Below, in pieces: positions 57,273 to 64,000 of a DNA stretch of 64,000 nt. The notes beneath the pieces were generated by a model. The model did no database searches and was not told where the DNA came from. It worked only from the letters and a program-made list of their open reading frames with translations. Source of the DNA: Octopus vulgaris (Eukaryota); assembly GCA_951406725.2 (NCBI GenBank), contig OX597814.1, positions 119,536,001 through 119,600,000 of the forward strand, in the 5' to 3' direction. Made by a program: the position numbers and the translations under genes. The first letter of the stretch is position 1, and each line of letters starts with the position of its first letter.

Positions 57273-57628
57273 TATTTCTTTGTTGCCCACACGGGGCTTA
57301 AAATAGAATGGACAAACAAGGATATACAAAGGAATTAAGTCGAATACATCGACCCAGTGCATAACTGGTACATATTTGATCGAAAGGATAAATATATATG
57401 ACGGGCTCCTTTCAGTTTCTTATTTCTTTATTGCACGCAGAGGGCTAAACATAGATGGGGGTGGCAAACAAGGACAGACAAAGAGACTAAACCGATTACA
57501 TCGACCCCAGGGCGTAAATGGTACTTAATTTATCGACCCCGCAAGGTTGAATGGCAAAATCGACCTCGGCGGAATTTGAACTCAGAACATTTCGCCCAGC
57601 CTGCTAACGTTTCTACCAGCTCGCCCCT
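57273..57628 (-). mobile_element. Two SINE family B pieces with a short family A fragment between them
   Basis: Reverse complement of 3720-3950 motifs; gacgggctcctttcagtttc at ~57400. Confidence 0.8.
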
Positions 57629-57939
57629 CTGAACATACAAGAATATTATATCGGAGCGGACAACATATTGAAAAGATATATTATGGTGTTAAAAGAGAGA
57701 GACTTTATTTTATTGCGTAGGTTCCATGTGGCAGATTGTCATATTCATGTCATGGTTTAAAGATTTTGCTACAGCTTATAATTGCATAGAAGATAGGGAT
57801 CCGTTAAATATTTGCAGATAATACTGATTCTGTTTATCTCAAAGTGCAGGTCAGAGAGAGGTAAATTTTAGTGTTGGTAGTACAAGATTTTAGGAGATTT
57901 CCAATATTCTTAAGAGTAGAATTTAAATAGTTATATATT

Positions 57940-57993
<54 letters not shown>

Positions 57994-59029
57994 GCACATA
58001 TATATGTATTTGTGTATGCTTGTATGTAACTACATTTTAGTATCTACAAATGCACACAAATTCTAACACGATGATGCAGTATCCATTAATATATCCACAT
58101 ATTAGGGGATATATAATTAACAGATGAAATCTAGAGATATTCAGTATAGAAGATACTTAGTAGTGTTGGAATGATTCAAACTTAGACCCCGATGTGTTTA
58201 CAAGGGATAAGTTGCACGGGGTAAAGAATGGCTATAAAAAGGATCGAGTTGTGCAGACTTAGAGGCAGTTATGCGGATAAACAAATTAAATATAGTAAAC
58301 ATAACGGCCTGGGTATGAAATACAAAATATCCATATACGTATACATGCAAAACGAGAGAAATGAAGACTTCCAGGCGATGAATATTTAAGTATAAATATA
58401 GAGATATTCATATTAATAGATCCAATATATATTTGTGTGTGTGCGTGCGTGTGTGTGTGTGTATGTGTGTGTATGTGTGTATGGCTGCCTGTTTGCATTT
58501 GAATTCACAATATAATTGGAGTATATATTTTACGAAAATCACTTTCATTTTCCATCTCTGGATTCAATATAATTTGTAACACATTTCCTTCAGGAATCTC
58601 TGAATTCTATTTTCCTTCATATTATTTTTGATTTTTTCGCAATAAAAAGGTAATCAATATTGTTTTCCTAGGAAAATTAGATTATGAATTATCTGAGTAT
58701 TTATATCTGTGAATTTATGGATATATGTACCCACAATTTTGATGCATGCCATTCGCTTCAAATTTATCAATAATTATATTTTAAGAATTAAGAATTATAG
58801 TCTAAATTTATTTTGTATCACTTTTTAATATGATCACTAAAGCTTTGGTAAGTAGTAAACAAATTTATACCAACATATGGTCGAATTTTGTTTTTCTTTT
58901 ACTTCTCAATATATGTATGGAATTGTAATGTATGGAATTTTAATCCGATCAAATTTGCAGATAACAAAATATAACACCACCACCACAACCTCCACCACTC
59001 CTACTAATAATAATATAACAAGAATAATA

Positions 59030-59040
59030 ATAGTAATAAT

Positions 59041-59084
<44 letters not shown>

Positions 59085-59229
59085 TGATAATAATGATAAC
59101 CCTTTCTACTGACGGCATAAGGCCATGGAATTTTGGGGAGGGGACTAGTTGATTACATCGAACCGGTGTTTCACTGGTACTTAATCATCGACCCCGAAAG
59201 GATAAAGGGCAAAGTCGACAGAGAATAAT

Positions 59230-59300
<71 letters not shown>

Positions 59301-59445
59301 TGATAATAATGATAACCCTTTCTACTGACGGCATAAGGCCATGGAATTTTGGGGAGGGGACTAGTTGATTACATCGAACCGGTGTTTCACTGGTACTTAA
59401 TCATCGACCCCGAAAGGATAAAGGGCAAAGTCGATAGAGAATAAT

Positions 59446-59507
<62 letters not shown>

Positions 59508-59518
59508 TGATGATGATG
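59030..59518. repeat. (TAA)n array containing a 216-bp-period tandem duplication of a SINE B fragment
   Basis: 59082-59230 and 59298-59446 are identical except for one C/T. Confidence 0.92.
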
Positions 59519-59776
59519 ATTCAGTGCGACCATGAGATAGAGATAGGAAGCCAGAGAGTCTTAATTGAGAAAGAAAACAAACTATGCTGGATCATAGATA
59601 TAGCATGCCCAGCTGACAACAAGGAAGAAAGAAAATTCGATAGGTATGACAGGTTAGCTTGAGAGGTAAAGCAGTTGTGGTCGATGTAAAAGGTGGTAGT
59701 AGTACCAATAATTGTCGGAGCCCTGGGAACAGTGAGTAAAAATCTCGAGAAGTACATGAATCATATGGGGGCTGCA
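59519..59776 (+). pseudogene. R4/Dong-like RLE endonuclease fragment
   Basis: IQCDHEIE...VLIEKENKLCWIIDIACPADN...RKFDRYDRLA*EVKQLW...VVPIIVGALGTV. Confidence 0.82.
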
Positions 59777-60000
59777 TTTAGATTTTGGGATCGATCCGGT
59801 ATCCGACAAGGATTCTGGATTTTTTTCCTGTTTTCCTAATTAATGTTTGAGAGCGGTCGGGTTCATTTTTAGTATTCTCGTTTGTGAGAGCTGTTGAGTT
59901 TATTTCAGATATTCTCATTATAAAAATCATCTCTGACTAATCGTTCAGAGGACGTTGAAGTTGCTTTGACGGAGGTTTGCGATCTCTGGGTAATCTTATA

Positions 60001-60212
60001 TGAGGCGGCAGAATAATTAGCATGCCGAAGAAAATGCTAGGTGACATTTCCTCTGTCTCTATGTTCTGATTTCCGCTTCCACGAAGATCTACTTTGCTTT
60101 TCATCCTTTCGGGGTCGATAAATTACGTACCAAGAAAAGACTGGGGTCGACGTAATTGACTATTCCCCTCTCACAAAATTCCAGGATTTGTGCCAATAGT
60201 AGAAACGATTAT
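60001..60212 (+). mobile_element. SINE family B
   Basis: gaggcggcagaa...tttgcttttcatcctttcggggtcgataaatta.gtacca...agtagaaacgattatt. Confidence 0.78.
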
Positions 60213-61787
60213 TATCATTAGTATCTCTTTTTATCACAGGTTCTTTTAGAGCTCCTACAATCTTGCATGCGTAGCGGGATTACTACCTGCAGCCTACGGT
60301 ACCATGCTATCCGTTTATATTCCTCTTGATGCCTTCTGTGACTCCCGTAGTGTAACGTATCATCTTTAAAACTAGGGAGTCACAGAATCGTTAGTGTCGA
60401 GAAAATTAACTTAAATATTTCGTCACATCCTTTATATTTCTAATTCCGAATCTCAGATAGGTCAGTTTTGTAATTCAACGTTGCTGTATCAATAAAATTA
60501 GAATTGTAGAAATAATATGAAGTATAAAATGGAATAACGGTTTCCTCCCATACATTTTATGACCTAAAAAGTTGTCATTTTCATTGTCATTATCACATTA
60601 GTGTACTGGAAAAGACACCTCTATGATAATTTCGGTGTACTTGGATTAAATATGGGGTCTCTCCTGATCAAGACTTTCAGTTGTTACTTTGATTCGCTGA
60701 TATTTTCAAGGTAAACGCAGTTACAAATAATTATCTTCTAATTGTTCAATGACACTTTTCGTTTATATAAACATGCGTTGGTTATTAGAGGAAACGGCCA
60801 AATATATTTCTGCAAATATTGTGTTTTACGTAGATTAAAATAACACACCAACGCTTAAACCTGCATTGACAAATTATACCAGAGTTGTTATGTAATGATA
60901 TTTAAGATATATACCATGAGCTAGTAGTGGTTCTGAAATATAGTACAAGTAGATATTTTGAATTTCATTACATAAATAACTCTTGATAATCATAGCTTCA
61001 TGCGAGCTTCGATGTACGTAAACATGTGTGCATACTTTGTGCGGCTCTGTGTATGTAGGAACATAGGCAACTATGTATATTGATTGTGATTTCATTTAAA
61101 AGTATTTTTACATATTTACAATTAAAAAGAGGAAACTTTTTAGCTTCCATCTAAAATAAATAACTAATAATATTCAGAAGTATATTCTGAGAACTTTTTA
61201 GCCTATCAACTAATATATAAACGGAATAGTGTATGTTAAGTACGTTATCTCACGAATCCATTCAGGGTTGGTCAAAAAATATTTATTGAAAGCATTATCT
61301 TTTTATTCCGTATAAAAGATAAATGTTGATAACTTGGCAGTTTTATCTCTTTCTAAACTTCTTTTACTATCCCTGTTATACCATGCCAAAATGTTAATGG
61401 CGTCAATTTTGCTTGTACATCTTTTTGCAGTGCAATTTTAATTATGGTAATGGAGGTTAAATTCAGTGCAGCAACTCGACAGAATACAGTTTTTTCTCAT
61501 ATCAAATTTTTTTCCATGCTATTGTTGCACAGCGGACATATACCCGGAAGAAACTGCTACAACTTTAACAGCAGTATTGTGCGTGGGAAACCTACTTTAA
61601 ATAATGAATGGGGAGATATTTTTTTCGCTTTTCCCATATAGATCTGTCGAGAGAAAATCGACTGTATGTATCTTGTTTATTCCTTATTGTTAAGAGAATA
61701 AACTAACAGAATATCATTCCACATGAAATGAATAAGATTAGGAGTATGGGAAATTTATCCAGAACAATCTCTTTCCGTGTGTGTATG

Positions 61788-61822
<35 letters not shown>

Positions 61823-61922
61823 TCGTAAGAAATGGAAAGAGAAATCTATGTACATTTTTATACATAGATATAATTGTCTGTGTGCAAGTTATGCATGTGT
61901 TTGAGATGGGTTTATATGTACA

Positions 61923-61992
61923 TTTCTTTATTCCTCCCTCTGCCTCTATCTCTCTCTTTATACCTCCCTCTGCCTCTATCTCTCTCTTTATA
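61923..61992. repeat. 30-bp tandem duplication
   Basis: ctttat.cctccctctgcctctatctctct x2. Confidence 0.85.
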
Positions 61993-62036
61993 TATATATG
62001 TATTCATTCATACATGCATATAAATGCTTACATATA

Positions 62037-63187
62037 CATTAGGTCATCCCAAAATTAATGTTTTTTTTAGACTTCTTTTATTATTCAAAACTATGAAATT
62101 CAAATTATTTTTTAATCTAAAATATACTTCCCTTCATTTTCTACAACGCTCTTCTATCTATCTGGTAGAGTTTCAAGGCCCTTCTTCCAAAATTCGCTTG
62201 TCCGTAACGAAACATACTTCTCCACTACTGTTCTGACACGTCTACATAATTCATATTTTTCTGTCTAAATGACAATCAGAGAGGATCAATGTCCGGTGAA
62301 TATGATGGGTGGTGTATCGTTTCCCATTCAAACTGCTCCAACCTTTGTAATGTAATCCTCTCTGTGGCCGAGTATTATCCTGATGGAAGAAGACCTTTCA
62401 TCTTGAAACCAAATACTGACTTCATCCGCTCCAGTTGCTCGCACTAGGTCTTTGTTATCGTTCAGTTTAGGTTTAAAATTTTAATGTGCACTAAACCTTT
62501 CATATCCCACCAAATATATAACAACTGACGTGGGTGAACACCTTCATTAGTCTGGGTTGTTTATCATTTGTCTTCAACGCTTGACATTTTTATGGCGAAA
62601 CCATTTCTCGTAACCAGTCACTATTCGGTCGGAAGATGGTCTATTCGTGAGATGCGGCCGCAAAAAAGAGCACAAATTGACCCAATTTTCTGACTTTTCT
62701 GATGGTACCCAGGTGTCGATGAATGGTTGAATGACCAAATCCAAGCTTCTCTTCTAGTTCTTTTACAGTTACCTCGGGATTTTGGGCCACCAGGTTTAGC
62801 AGGACAGGCCCCTATAGCTCTACAAATCTTCCAAGACGAAGCTTGTCTTTAGGATGTAGTTTCTGGCTCGGAATTCTGGAAACCACCGTTGACGCTCGCT
62901 TGCAATTATTGTCCAATCGCCATATACTGCATCAATAATTCTCTCACTTTCCGTTGCATTGTTACTTTTGTTTGATTCATAAAGTAATATATGCTGGATA
63001 TGCTCCTTTGTCAATTACATTATAGCTTTGAAAAAAGAACTGTTAAAATCGAACTCCACTCTACAAAACTTTCCCTAAGGATAAGGACAAGGTAAAATTA
63101 CTATCTGCGTTAGTTAATTCCACCTCACTCTGACTTTTAGCTCATGCAATTAAAAACAACTGCACTATTTATGGGAGGACCCAATGC
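62037..63187 (-). mobile_element. Decayed mariner transposon
   Basis: Inverted ends cattaggtcatcccaaaa / tttatgggaggacccaatg. N-terminal HTH MTKEHIQHILLYE...NATES..I.AVYG...QRWF.EFR; IVTGYEKW and HPSYSPDI remnants. Confidence 0.88.
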
Positions 63188-63199
63188 ACACATATATAC

Positions 63200-63425
63200 A
63201 TACACAAACATACATGCATACATATAAACATACATATGTATATATAGACATACATGTATATAAACATATATATATATATACACATACATGCATATAAACA
63301 TATATATATATATACACATACATGCATATAAACATATATATACACATACATGCATATAAACACACACATATATATATATATACACATACATGCATATAAA
63401 CATATATATATATATATACATACTT
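63200..63425. repeat. Minisatellite of ~30-35-bp units (atacatgcatataaaca + TA run)
   Basis: Several visible copies. Confidence 0.85.
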
Positions 63426-64000
63426 TCATACAAAATACATAATATACACTTACATACACGCATACCTACATAATATACACGTACATACACGCATACATAC
63501 ATACGAAAGTGTTCTTTCATAAGAATGAATTAGACTACACAAATATCTGTATAAACCATCATCTTACTCTTGAAATTACTAAAACTGGATGCAACAGATT
63601 ACAACCTGTTCTAGGATATCAACGATAAATTATTATTTATAATAAGAAATTATGAATTATAAAGTAAGAAGGAAAGGAAAGTGCAAGTTAATCATTATTT
63701 TATATGTAATCGGTGCCGACATGATAATTGGACTTTGATGTTGGACATTAAAAAAGAAAACACGGTTATCTACTGTAACTAGACGTATGCAAGTGGCTAA
63801 TATACAGTAGAGAAGACAATAGAAGGTTAATTCAAATATATTAAAAACTAAATTTAATCGTGTGGAAACATTTAGATTTATATAATATAGTTATTGGGGA
63901 GGAAAATGAAATCAAATTCATTCATTCATCATTGAATAGCTGTAGTAGTGGTACAATGAGAAAATTTGGCAGATAAATGCGACATGTTAAAGTCTTATAC

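Noticed and set aside
59082-59446. Repeat-spacer appearance suggesting a CRISPR array
   Set aside because: Eukaryotic context; the units are a duplicated SINE fragment and microsatellite with no unique spacers

Overview
AT-rich, microsatellite-dense eukaryotic DNA. The SINE families and the (TA)n/(TAA)n/(ATCT)n landscape point to an octopus (coleoid cephalopod) genome; this is recognised from memory, not from a search. No intact host gene can be supported, and nearly all listed ORFs are microsatellite artefacts. The window reads as intronic or intergenic TE debris: tRNA-derived SINEs of several types, decayed Tc1/mariner elements and MITEs, a non-autonomous Helitron, CR1/Jockey-like and R4/Dong LINE fragments, and many Penelope-like element (PLE) remnants, two with GIY-YIG coding fragments. 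The most notable signal is a population of minimal type I hammerhead ribozyme (HHR) motifs with palindromic stem III, mostly in PLE terminal repeats lodged in (TA)n tracts. Three have intact cores (9073-9136 -, 9196-9259 +, 31789-31871 +). Two carry a compensatory U3-A8 core (7031-7070 +, 28558-28599 -), and about eight more are degenerate. There is also a ~400-bp fold-back with an HHR on each strand, and a larger inverted duplication (4503-6343 / 7791-8494) centred on a (TA)n/PLE spacer.
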